From NCBI GenBank assembly GCA_048940645.1, contig JBHLOI010000030.1:1-44761 (forward strand): a stretch of DNA of 44,761 nt. Direction: 5' to 3'. Under the pieces are notes generated by a model that was not told the origin of the DNA, made no database searches, and was given only the letters and a program-made list of their open reading frames with translations. This DNA comes from Promethearchaeota archaeon. Lineage in GTDB: Archaea; Asgardarchaeota; Lokiarchaeia; Sigyniarchaeales; SOKP01. A program made the position numbers and the translations under genes. This document shows, one piece after another, positions 28,307-37,778 of the stretch (position 1 is its first letter; each line of letters begins with the position of its first letter).

Positions 28307-29269
28307 ATGATTCCTCAGAAACACAAAATTATAGTAGAAGTTCCACATAGAATCTCTGGTTTTTTCGAAATAGTTGATGAAATCAATGGCATAAAAATTA
28401 ACAATCCAGAAAGAATAGGATCCAGAGGTGCTGGGTTCAATTTAAATAGTTTTGGAAGAACTGAGATAATAATTGAAGATCAGGAGGATTTAAAACAAAA
28501 TCATTGTCAAATCTATATCAACAATGAACAATTGAATGAGAATGCAGAAACTACATATTATGTTTTTAATTACTTAAAAAATTTCTTTAAAAAATATATA
28601 AAAGTAAAAATTTTTCATAAATTTGATTTACCAGTAGGTTGTGGATATGGAGCGAGTGGTTCTGGAGCTCTAGGAACAGTTTATGGTTTAGATTGTTTAT
28701 TAAATTTAGGTTTTTCTCTTTATGAAAAAGGAAAGATAGCCCATATAGCAGAAGTGATTAATAAGACGGGCTTAGGTACAGTTTGTGGGCAATTAGCAGG
28801 GGGTTTATGTATGTTAAAAGAGCCAGGATATCCATGTAATTTTGAAACGATATCGATTCCTCATAATTTAACAATAATATGTGGAACTTTTGGCATAATT
28901 GCTACAAAATCTATTTTGTCTAATCCAGAATTAAGTTTAAGAATAAAAAAAGCTGGTAATAAAGCCCTAGCTAAATTAATGAAAAATCCTAATATTAAAA
29001 CATTTGTTTCAGTATCAAATGATTTTGTCAAAGACACTGAAATGCTTAGAATACTAGATTTAAAGGAAGTTAAGGAACTAATTGAGAATTTAAATCAATT
29101 AAGTATTATAGGAGCTAGTATGAATCAATTAGGAAAGTCAGTATATGCAATTTGTAGAAAAAGAGATGAGCGTAAAGTATTAGAAATTTTTGAATGCTTT
29201 CAACCAAAAATAGGGATCTTTAAATCTTCTATTCGTGAAAGCAAAAAAATTCCTTTAGAGAAAAGTTAA
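28307..29269 (+). CDS. Pantoate kinase (GHMP family)
   Basis: P.RISGFF, GSRGAG, LPVGCGYGASG, AHIAEV..TGLGTV, SM.QLG. Confidence 0.9.
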   Translation: MIPQKHKIIVEVPHRISGFFEIVDEINGIKINNPERIGSRGAGFNLNSFGRTEIIIEDQEDLKQNHCQIYINNEQLNENAETTYYVFNYLKNFFKKYIKVKIFHKFDLPVGCGYGASGSGALGTVYGLDCLLNLGFSLYEKGKIAHIAEVINKTGLGTVCGQLAGGLCMLKEPGYPCNFETISIPHNLTIICGTFGIIATKSILSNPELSLRIKKAGNKALAKLMKNPNIKTFVSVSNDFVKDTEMLRILDLKEVKELIENLNQLSIIGASMNQLGKSVYAICRKRDERKVLEIFECFQPKIGIFKSSIRESKKIPLEKS

Positions 29270-29279
29270 ATATAACTCA

Positions 29280-30101
29280 TTATTTGTCTTTCGAAGAATT
29301 CAGTGATTTTGATTTTATACTTGCAGCTTCTACAGCTCTAATTAAGGTTGCTCTTAATTTTGCTGATTCAATTTCATGTATAGCGGTTATTGTAGTACCT
29401 CCAGGTGTTGCTACCATATCTTTTAATTCACCTGGATGTTTATTCGTTTCTAACAATAACTTAGCTGACCCTAACACTGTTTGAGCAGCCAATTTTTGAG
29501 ATATGTCTCTTGGTATCCCCATTTTTACACCTCCATCAGCTAGAGCTTCAATTATAATAAAAATGTATGCTGGACCACTACCAGATAATCCAGTAACTGC
29601 ATCTAAATGTGTTTCATCGAGTTCAACAACCATACCGACTGAATCAAAAAGATTTTGTACATAACTTTTTTCTTTTTCAGTAACGTCTGCATTGGGAGCG
29701 ATAACTGTAGCAGCGGCTCCAACTATAGCAGGTGTATTAGTCATAATTCTTACAATTCCAACAGGTTTATTTAGAAATTTTTCAATATGACTAATAGATA
29801 CGCCTGCTACGATAGATATTATGGTATGTTGTTTTGTTATTGCTGGGCTGATTTCATCTAAAACTTTATCTATAACTTGAGGAATTACTGCAATTAATAT
29901 ATATTTTGCAGATCTAACAAGTGAGACATTATTTTCAGCATATTCAACATTTAGTTCCTTAGATCTTTCAATAAGTCTATGGTTATCAATATCGAATATT
30001 ATAATTTCATTTTTTTCAATTGTTTTCGTAGAAATAAATCGATTTATTAAAGCATTTCCAATCTTTCCGACACCAATCACACCTAATTGTTTCTCAAACA
30101 T
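29280..30101 (-). CDS. proC: Pyrroline-5-carboxylate reductase
   Basis: SIVAG, RIMTNTP, TGLSGSGPAY, V.TPGGTTI. Confidence 0.95.
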   Translation of the reverse strand: MFEKQLGVIGVGKIGNALINRFISTKTIEKNEIIIFDIDNHRLIERSKELNVEYAENNVSLVRSAKYILIAVIPQVIDKVLDEISPAITKQHTIISIVAGVSISHIEKFLNKPVGIVRIMTNTPAIVGAAATVIAPNADVTEKEKSYVQNLFDSVGMVVELDETHLDAVTGLSGSGPAYIFIIIEALADGGVKMGIPRDISQKLAAQTVLGSAKLLLETNKHPGELKDMVATPGGTTITAIHEIESAKLRATLIRAVEAASIKSKSLNSSKDK

Positions 30102-30318
30102 ACTTTTAAATTAGAAGCGTAACCAAAATAATTTTACTATTAAATAGTGTCTAGTGTTGGGTTTGATGAAATATTTAAAGCATAAAATGAAGCAATCTTT
30201 ATTATGAATTCAATTAGAATTTCTAATCATTATAATTGGCTCAGATTTTGAAAATTTTTAGATTTAAATTAATTAACCTTAATTTTAAGAAGATACATTT
30301 ATCAGTTATTATCTATAG

Positions 30319-31050
30319 TTATGAATATAATTCATTTCTTAATTCTTCAATAAGATGATGTTGAATAGTTCCGTTTTGTCTATCAAATCCTTCACAAACA
30401 ACACTTCTAACACCTATTAAATCAGGAGAGATTTCTTTTATTTTAGAAATAGAATCTTTTCTTAAATTACCTGCTAAAGCAACTTCTAAATTCAAACTCT
30501 TTGCTAAATTCTTAAACTGAAGTAACTGCTTAACACTTAAAAAGTCAAATAACCCTTTATTATCTTTTATGAAAGTATCTAGCATTACAATTTCAGAACC
30601 AGAATTAGCAGCAATTTTAGGAAGATCTAAATAACCAGGTGAAGAATCCATTCTTTTTTTATCTGCATATCCTGCCGTTACAATTTTTATCTCATTATTA
30701 TAATGTTTAACTGTTTTAACAACTTTTTGCATCAAATTAATACCTTCTTCTAAATTTCTGGGGCCTTTCAAGCCCACTTTAATTATATCCGCTCCTGATA
30801 CTGCAGCTCCTAAGGCAGCTAATGAAGCAGATCCAGGTAAGTAGGGGAAATCTCCGATTGTAGCACTTAACAACTGAGAGCTGTTAGGGGGAATTAATTT
30901 CTTCATTTCTCTAATGATCCATGGAAAATTTGCTCCCAGCGAGCCTTCATCAGGATTTTTACAATCGATATAATCTACATTCGATTCAATAGCTACAGCA
31001 GCTTCTTTTAAATTTCTTGGGCTTACTAAAAGTTTTATTATTTTTCGCAT
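30319..31050 (-). CDS. mfnB: (5-formylfuran-3-yl)methyl phosphate synthase
   Basis: LLVSP, D.KNP.EGSLGANFPW, SATIGD, KVGL, MLDT..KD, LAG.L, GVR..VC. Confidence 0.93.
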   Translation of the reverse strand: MRKIIKLLVSPRNLKEAAVAIESNVDYIDCKNPDEGSLGANFPWIIREMKKLIPPNSSQLLSATIGDFPYLPGSASLAALGAAVSGADIIKVGLKGPRNLEEGINLMQKVVKTVKHYNNEIKIVTAGYADKKRMDSSPGYLDLPKIAANSGSEIVMLDTFIKDNKGLFDFLSVKQLLQFKNLAKSLNLEVALAGNLRKDSISKIKEISPDLIGVRSVVCEGFDRQNGTIQHHLIEELRNELYS

Positions 31051-31203
31051 ATCAAATCATATTTAATGTAAAAGGTCCAATAAAATTTTTTAGCCTTATT
31101 AATAAATTAGCTTATCTTTTTCAAAACAATTAATTAAATATAATGATATAAAAATTTAAATTAAATAATTATTATTAAATATCAAAAAAATTATGATTTA
31201 AAT

Positions 31204-31734
31204 ATGTCGCCTAAAGAAATTACGAAATTAGACATCACTGATGAAGTTTTTAAAGAACCATTCGAAGTAATAAGACAGATCGCCTCAAACTTAGAAGATA
31301 TGAAATATACAAAAGTGATACAAACCTTTGTTATGGAAGACCGTAGATTAAATTTATCTTTAGAAAGAGACGGCTCCAGTTATTTTAAAGGTAAAGTTGT
31401 TTGGATTGGAAATAAGAAAGATGATAGTGAAGGTACAATTTTTTGTGTTGACAATAAAACAGAATTAAAACAAATTAATCCAAATCCAGAAAATACTGAA
31501 AAAGTAATACTTGATATTAAAAAGGAAACTATTAAAGTGTCCACCGCTTCAAAAACTAAATGTGCTGTATGTGGAAAGAATATTGAAATTTTTGATGAAG
31601 TTGCTGGATGCCCGTTATGCCAATCAAGAGCCCATAAAGAACATATGATTGATTGGGTAAGAATGAAACATTCTTGTCCTATTTGTAAGAAATCTTTAAA
31701 TGTTTCAAGCTCAGGAGTAATTTTTATTGATTAG
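31204..31734 (+). CDS. Protein with C-terminal RING-like zinc finger
   Basis: CAVC...CPLC...AH.EH...W......CPIC. Confidence 0.75.
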   Translation: MSPKEITKLDITDEVFKEPFEVIRQIASNLEDMKYTKVIQTFVMEDRRLNLSLERDGSSYFKGKVVWIGNKKDDSEGTIFCVDNKTELKQINPNPENTEKVILDIKKETIKVSTASKTKCAVCGKNIEIFDEVAGCPLCQSRAHKEHMIDWVRMKHSCPICKKSLNVSSSGVIFID

Positions 31735-32473
31735 TTTTGGTAAATATATTTAATTTTTTAAGATTTATTGTTCCATCATATATAGCGGTTCCAATTAAAA
31801 CTCCTGAAAAACTATTTTCATAATAAAACAGAACATCATTTAAATTTTTAATTCCTCCTCCTACTAAAACATTACCATTAAAATTCTTTTTAATTTTAAG
31901 ATATAGTGGGGGTATTCCTCCAATTTTCTGACCAACTTTAAAAAGATCTAATAAAATAATGTTTTTTATTCCAATTTTTTCTAATTTTCTAACTACGGTT
32001 AATGGTGTTAAATTTTTTAGTTTATTTATCTTAGTAATTATTATTCCTTTATACATATCTAAGCTGATTATAATCTTATTTTTATTGAAAATCTTAAAGC
32101 TTTGTTCGATGGTTTTTATTTTTTGGATAGTCTCTAAACCCAGAATTAAACTCTCCATTTTAAATTCTGAAAATAATTCTAGATCATTGATATTTTTAAT
32201 TCCAGGGTCAATAATTATTTCAATATTTTCAATTTCCAAAATTTTTTTAAGTAGGTGAAAATTAGGTTTTTGTTTCATAATAGCATCTAAATCGGCAATA
32301 TAAAATTGTTTAATATTAAATTTTTCTTTTAAGTTTCTGACAATATCAAAAGGTTCACTTGTATTAAATAAAGGAGATTTCAAAGGTTTATAATTATCTC
32401 TTTCACCCTTAATCGCTTGTACTGCTGTTGAATTTAAAATATCAATTACAGGAAATATTTTAAAATTAGACAT
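31724..32473 (-). CDS. HisA/HisF-related TIM-barrel protein (C1-cofactor-linked type)
   Basis: PVIDI....V.A..GER..Y.P, YIADLDAI, LDL..VG...G, VGGGI, GTAIY.G. Confidence 0.85.
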   Translation of the reverse strand: MSNFKIFPVIDILNSTAVQAIKGERDNYKPLKSPLFNTSEPFDIVRNLKEKFNIKQFYIADLDAIMKQKPNFHLLKKILEIENIEIIIDPGIKNINDLELFSEFKMESLILGLETIQKIKTIEQSFKIFNKNKIIISLDMYKGIIITKINKLKNLTPLTVVRKLEKIGIKNIILLDLFKVGQKIGGIPPLYLKIKKNFNGNVLVGGGIKNLNDVLFYYENSFSGVLIGTAIYDGTINLKKLNIFTKTNQ

Positions 32474-32650
32474 AATCTCGACAAAATTTTAACTAAATCA
32501 ATTTAATAAAAAATAACAAATTACCATTTTGAAATACTCTTTTTTTTTAAAAGTATTGATTATTTAATTAATTACTAAATAAATTTATTTTTAAGGTATA
32601 GAATTAACTTTTTCATTAAATATTCTAAATAATTTTTATTGATGAGATAA

Positions 32651-34357
32651 ATGAAAACAGATTCTTATATTACGAAAATTATACAAGATACTGGATTAAC
32701 TAGGAGTGAAATCCATAATAAAGTTGAAGAAAAAAAAAATGAGTTAAAAGGGTTGATATCTGATGAAGGAGCATTATTTTTAATTGCTAAAGAGTTTGGT
32801 GTAGATGTTTCAAATGAAAATACTGATTTAATAAAAGATATTGAAATAAACATCTCCGATATTAGTTTAAACATGAAAAATATCACATTAGTTGGAAGAA
32901 TTAAAGAAATATATGATATTTTTGAATTTAATAAGGAAAATCAAGAGAAGGGATATGTCGGATCCTTTTTATTACACGATAATACTGGGGATATTCGAAT
33001 AACTCTATGGAATGAACACGTCAGTATTTTTAATGATGAAAATTTTAAAATAAATGAACTGGTTAAAATTTTAAACGGTAATTCCAAGGAAGGTAGATTT
33101 GGTACAGAGTTACATATTGGAAGATTTGGAAAAATTGTTTTATCTCCGGATGATGTTGACTATAAGAAATATCCAAAAATAAAAGAAGAATTCATAGATA
33201 TAAACAAAATAAATAAAATGTTAAAATCTGTATCTATTGAAGGAAAAATTTTACAAAAATTTCCAATCAAAACATTTACCAAAAAATCTGGAGAAAATGG
33301 CACTTTAGCTACAATTATTTTAATGGATACTACAAGTACCGTAAGGGTTAATTTTTGGAATGATGATACCTCTAAAATGAATAATATTAAAATAGGTGAT
33401 TATGTTTCGATCACTTCTTTAAGGCCAAGAGAGAGCAATTTAAATCCTAATTTAATGACTTTACATGCAACAAGAAATACAATTGTATTGAAAAAAGAAA
33501 AAAAACTGAAATTAGAAATAGATTTGACTAAATCAATAAAAGAACTCCAAGAGAAAGAAAATCTTGTATCATTTAAAGGAATTATTACCTCTATTGACAA
33601 CTTGAGAAAAGTTACACTAAAATCAGGAGATGAAGTTAATTTATTGAATTTTATAGTAAGTGATGATACAGATTTCATTAGAATTGCAGCATGGCGTGAA
33701 ACAGCAGAAAGTCTATCGAAAAAACTATCAAATGATACAGGAGTAATGATTAAAAATGCACTTTTAAAATATAGTAATTTTTCAGGGAGAAAAGAAGCTT
33801 CTATAATAGAGGAAACAAATTTAGAGATAATAAACCTTAATCTTAGCAACCTTAAGAAATTTGAAGGTATTTCAGAAACTAGAAATATTTCTCATTCGAA
33901 TAATATTACAAAAATTAGTGATATAAACTCACCAGGTATCTTTGAAATAAAAGGTTTAATTGCTAAAGAAATAAACAGAATAAATATCTATAATGCCTGT
34001 TCTAAATGTTTTAGAAAGATAGAAAATTGTAATTGTGAAGAAAAGGGTGAAATAAAACCTAGAATGATTTTAAACCTTTTAATTGACGATGAGAGTGGTA
34101 TAATACGTTCTTCATTTATAGGTGATATTGCTGAGAAATTACTTGGAAAAGAAACTGAAATTATAATGAAAGTAATGGATACTCCTGATTATGATAAAGT
34201 TTTAGAAAAGCTTTCAAGCCAGTTAGTAGGAAGAGATATTTACATCAAAGGAAAAGTTAAATTCAATGATTATTCAAATGCATATGAATTAAGTGCTTTT
34301 GATTTTCAAGAAGTCGATGTCAATTATGATTTAGAACAAATAATCAACGAAATTTAA
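32651..34357 (+). CDS. Replication protein A large subunit (multiple OB folds plus Zn finger)
   Basis: GLI.DEGA...IA N-terminal helical domain, repeated D.TG.IR..LW, YNACSKC..K....C.C. Confidence 0.88.
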   Translation: MKTDSYITKIIQDTGLTRSEIHNKVEEKKNELKGLISDEGALFLIAKEFGVDVSNENTDLIKDIEINISDISLNMKNITLVGRIKEIYDIFEFNKENQEKGYVGSFLLHDNTGDIRITLWNEHVSIFNDENFKINELVKILNGNSKEGRFGTELHIGRFGKIVLSPDDVDYKKYPKIKEEFIDINKINKMLKSVSIEGKILQKFPIKTFTKKSGENGTLATIILMDTTSTVRVNFWNDDTSKMNNIKIGDYVSITSLRPRESNLNPNLMTLHATRNTIVLKKEKKLKLEIDLTKSIKELQEKENLVSFKGIITSIDNLRKVTLKSGDEVNLLNFIVSDDTDFIRIAAWRETAESLSKKLSNDTGVMIKNALLKYSNFSGRKEASIIEETNLEIINLNLSNLKKFEGISETRNISHSNNITKISDINSPGIFEIKGLIAKEINRINIYNACSKCFRKIENCNCEEKGEIKPRMILNLLIDDESGIIRSSFIGDIAEKLLGKETEIIMKVMDTPDYDKVLEKLSSQLVGRDIYIKGKVKFNDYSNAYELSAFDFQEVDVNYDLEQIINEI

Positions 34358-34476
34358 TTCTAATTTGATAGTTTAATAAACCTTTTCTAACTGATTTTTA
34401 TTGCTTTTATCATTATTTTTATAAATAGATTAATTTGGTAGATTATAGTTAGTATAGAAATTAAGATTTATTTTGT

Positions 34477-35412
34477 ATGAAGGAAGTTGATATTATAGGA
34501 TTAGGGGAAGCTGTCATAGATTGGGTGGCTGAAATACCACATTTCCCGAAACCTGATGAAAAAATTGATGCAATAACTGAGAACTATTTCCCAGGTGGAG
34601 TAACTGCCAATTTTTTAGTAGCAATAGCTAGACTAGGGGGTAAGTGTGGATTTATTGGTGCTGTTGGTGATGATTTTTATGGAGATTACTTGATAGAAGA
34701 TTTTAAACGTGAAGATATAGATACAACCTTTACCCTTAAAAAAAAGGGTAAAAAAACTCCTATGAATTTTATTTTTGTTGCAAAGGGAGAAAAGACAATC
34801 ATACAATCTCCACATATGCAAGAAACGAAAATAACTCTCACTGATTTAGACCAACAATATATAATGAATTCAAAAGTACTTCATACTACAATGATACATC
34901 CAGAAATCGCTGGAAGAGCTATAGCTATAGCAAAAAGGAATGAAGTTAAGGTAACTATAGATTTAGAATCGCAAATAGCAAAGAGAGGATGGAAAAGTTT
35001 ACGTGAAATGATTTTAAATGCTGATATACTAATCCCTAATAAAGAAGGAGCAAAATTAATCACAAATCGTGAAAAACTTGATGATGCTGCTAAAATTTTG
35101 GTTGAAAAAGGGATTCCAATTGTAATTATTACTTTGGGGCATGACGGGGTGTTAATTACTACAGAAAAATATCAAAAAAAGATTCCGGCATTTAAAGTTG
35201 GAAAAATTATCGACACAACTGGTGCAGGAGATACTTTTAATGGAGCATTCTCATATGCGTATTGGATTAAAAAATGGGATTTAGAAAAATCTTGTAAATA
35301 TGCTAATGCTGCTGCTGCTTTAAAGATTCAGAAGTTGGGAGCGAGAACTGGTATGCCTAATGAGAGAATGCTAATGAACTTCTTAAAAAGGCATAAGGGA
35401 ACTTTTCTGTAG
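34477..35412 (+). CDS. PfkB/ribokinase family carbohydrate kinase
   Basis: PGG..AN, VGDD..G, ITLG..G, DTTGAGDTFNG. Confidence 0.93.
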   Translation: MKEVDIIGLGEAVIDWVAEIPHFPKPDEKIDAITENYFPGGVTANFLVAIARLGGKCGFIGAVGDDFYGDYLIEDFKREDIDTTFTLKKKGKKTPMNFIFVAKGEKTIIQSPHMQETKITLTDLDQQYIMNSKVLHTTMIHPEIAGRAIAIAKRNEVKVTIDLESQIAKRGWKSLREMILNADILIPNKEGAKLITNREKLDDAAKILVEKGIPIVIITLGHDGVLITTEKYQKKIPAFKVGKIIDTTGAGDTFNGAFSYAYWIKKWDLEKSCKYANAAAALKIQKLGARTGMPNERMLMNFLKRHKGTFL

Positions 35413-35419
35413 ATATCTC

Positions 35420-35860
35420 TTAAGAATAAATAAGGCAAATTTTGCTATAATTTTGTGGTTTAGCAATAAGATCATTAAAAATCACATCGATTTCCTCTGG
35501 TGCTGTAATATCTGATTTTTCTGTAAAAGGCCAGATTCCCAGTAAAATATCACCCTTTTTTTTTATGTTACCAATTAGAAAGCCCTTTTTATTTCCATTT
35601 AATTTGGTTATATAAAGTAATATAATATAATAATTAATTAGAAAACCCGATATATTCTCACCAATTCTAATTACTTCTTTAATATTTTGGAAATTAATAA
35701 TATTCTGGCTTGTTTGACTTAGTTTCTTTAGCATGGAAAGATATTTAGGGGATACATTAATTGGTTCACTGTAAGAAACTTCCTTAAAGGTTAAAGTTAA
35801 ATCTTTTATCTCATTCTCTATATTGCCTTTAAAGATTACCTTATAAACTATTAGACTCAT
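35420..35860 (-). CDS. Hypothetical protein
   Basis: 146-aa ORF downstream of aIF1; no recognised motif. Confidence 0.6.
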   Translation of the reverse strand: MSLIVYKVIFKGNIENEIKDLTLTFKEVSYSEPINVSPKYLSMLKKLSQTSQNIINFQNIKEVIRIGENISGFLINYYIILLYITKLNGNKKGFLIGNIKKKGDILLGIWPFTEKSDITAPEEIDVIFNDLIAKPQNYSKICLIYS

Positions 35861-35929
35861 TGAAAACTGGAAATTATTTATTCTTATGAAAAAAGTTTTT
35901 TACTTTTCCCTTATGATGTTCAGGTATTC

Positions 35930-36271
35930 TTAATCTTTATATGATGTTTTCATCTTTTCCTGAATCAATATATTTTCTTCTGGAAACCCTAAATCCATTA
36001 AGAATTTTTTAAGTTTAAATTTATGATCTCCTTGAAGTTCAATTTCATTTCCCCTTACTGTTCCCCCTGAAGCACACTTTTTTTTTGCTTTAGTTAAAAT
36101 ATCTTTCAAATTAGCATCAAAATTACCTTCAAATTTGATGACTGTAACCACTCGCCCCCATTTTCTTCTGTCATTGGTAATAATTATTTGTTGTTCGCCA
36201 GCACTTAAGCTATCACATATACATAGCTCTTTCGGAAAACTACATATAGGACAAATCTCGTCGTCTTTAAT
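35930..36271 (-). CDS. sui1: Translation initiation factor aIF1/SUI1 (extended to an ATT start at 36271)
   Basis: In-frame upstream IKDDEICPICSFPKELCICD...RRKWGR joins VTVI...KKCASGGTV...IELQGDH. Confidence 0.92.
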   Translation of the reverse strand: MKDDEICPICSFPKELCICDSLSAGEQQIIITNDRRKWGRVVTVIKFEGNFDANLKDILTKAKKKCASGGTVRGNEIELQGDHKFKLKKFLMDLGFPEENILIQEKMKTSYKD

Positions 36272-36447
36272 ACTCTTTTTTCACAACCTTTTATATTAAA
36301 AACTTAATATAGTACAGTATAAAAAATAATAGAATAAAATCTTATAAAAATCTTTTTTTTATTTTATGATTTTATCGTTAAACAATATTATAAAAATAAA
36401 TTCTTTCATATTATAATTAGAAAAATTCTTTATGATATGGTTTAAAA

Positions 36448-36978
36448 ATGTTTAGCTCATGGATCTTTAAGGTAATTATAGCGGGTGCAGGTGGAGTCGG
36501 CAAAACTGCAATGGTTACTCGATATTGTACGGGTAAATTTGAAGAAGGTTATAAAATGACTATAGGAGCTGGTTTTCATACAAAATCAGAAACTCTTGAT
36601 ACAGGAGAAGCTGTCAAAATGCAATTATGGGATTTTGCCGGAGAAAAACGTTTTCGTGAACTATTACCAGATTATTGTAAAGGTGCAAGTGGCGCTTTCA
36701 TTTGCTTTGATATAACAGATTATGATACGTTTAGAGATATTCCTGAATGGTTAAGAATTATACGCCAAAAAGCAGGATTTATTCCTATAATTCTTTTAGG
36801 AATGAAATGGGATCTTGATAATCATGAAGTTGATTATAATGTGGCTAATGATTATGCGGGAAAAGCAAAATGTAATCAATGCGTTTACAGCTCTTCTAAA
36901 CAGAATATCAATGTTAATGAATCATTTCAAGCAATGGCGAAATGGTTGATTTATTATGCTAAACAATCCGAAACTTAA
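36448..36978 (+). CDS. Rab/Ras-like small GTPase
   Basis: G1 GAGGVGKT, G2 TIG, G3 WDFAGE, G4 MKWD, G5 SSK. Confidence 0.93.
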   Translation: MFSSWIFKVIIAGAGGVGKTAMVTRYCTGKFEEGYKMTIGAGFHTKSETLDTGEAVKMQLWDFAGEKRFRELLPDYCKGASGAFICFDITDYDTFRDIPEWLRIIRQKAGFIPIILLGMKWDLDNHEVDYNVANDYAGKAKCNQCVYSSSKQNINVNESFQAMAKWLIYYAKQSET

Positions 36979-37052
36979 GTTAATAGAATATTATATTTAA
37001 TGCTATTTTTTCTTATCATTTTAGAAAATTCAAGTTTGAATAAATTAAAAAG

Positions 37053-37155
37053 CGCCCCCGGCTTCGCCAAACCTCAGAGATTGAGTGTCTTATGGCTCGA
37101 ACATGCGACCGCCCGGTTAACAGCCGGGTGCTCTACCTAACTGAGCTACGGAGGC
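37053..37155 (-). tRNA. tRNA-Asn(GTT) with a 29-nt intron (37063-37091) at about 63/64
   Basis: GCCTCCG acceptor strand and CCCGG CTGTTAA CCGGG anticodon arm. The T-stem GCATG/CATGC is restored only by removing the insert. Confidence 0.88.
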
Positions 37156-37193
37156 GTACTTCTCAATTCTTTAAACACTAAATTGTATTTTTA

Positions 37194-37345
37194 TGCTCCC
37201 GCCGGGATTCGAACCCGGTTCGCGAACAGAAGCTAAAATGCATCCGTATGTCGCGGGGGTGAAGGCCCCGTATGTTGCCATAATCTGCTTTCAGTTAACA
37301 TAATTTTAGATGGAGATTAACTTGGCCGGACTACACTACGGGAGC
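37194..37345 (-). tRNA. tRNA-Glu(TTC) with two introns (37275-37320 at about 22/23; 37219-37249 at about 48/49)
   Basis: GCTCCCG/CGGGAGC acceptor stem, Glu-type D-arm, CGGGG CCTTCAC CCCCG anticodon arm, BHB junctions. Confidence 0.85.
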
Positions 37346-37501
37346 AGCTTTTTATTTTCTTTGATTTTTAATACAAATTTCAAATTATCCTAAATATAAT
37401 TTTCTAATTAATATTAAATTTTAAATTTTTTTATAATAGAAAAGGAGGACGTCTTATTTTTTATCCTTTTGAAAAAAATTAAATAGTTTTAAATATAATA
37501 A

Positions 37502-37586
37502 TGCGGGAAGGGAGATTTGAACTCCCGAACTCCTATGAGACTGGATTCTAAGTCCAGCGCCTTTAACCAGACTTGGCAATTCCCGC
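37502..37586 (-). tRNA. tRNA-Leu(TAG), intronless
   Basis: GCGGGAA/TTCCCGC acceptor stem, CTGGA CTTAGAA TCCAG anticodon arm, long variable arm, GGGAG TTCAAAT CTCCC T-arm. Confidence 0.95.
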
Positions 37587-37778
37587 GAAATATAATAAAG
37601 ATTAGCAATGCAAATAATAAAAGTAACAAAAATTAAATAAATTTTTAGATCAAAAAGAACTATTTAAAACTCAATCGATACATAAAATTAAAAATTAGAA
37701 ATATTTAAGAATTAATATTATTGTTATTAAAACAAATAATAGCATTAGATTAAGATAAAAAATTTCGGTATTTTTTTA

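Noticed and set aside
3447-29269. panE, phosphopantothenate synthetase and pantoate kinase as a novel pathway
   Set aside because: This is the established archaeal CoA biosynthesis route.
36272-36286. TTG-TGA read-through (selenocysteine at codon 2) giving aIF1 a TTG start
   Set aside because: The position is not a conserved Cys and I saw no SECIS-like hairpin downstream; an AUU start or an indel is simpler.
37250-37274. Reading the tRNA-Glu loop as a TCA anticodon (Sec or opal suppressor)
   Set aside because: The 5-bp stem centres the 7-nt loop on TTC, the tRNA body is Glu-type, and it lacks the long variable arm and extended acceptor stem of tRNA-Sec.
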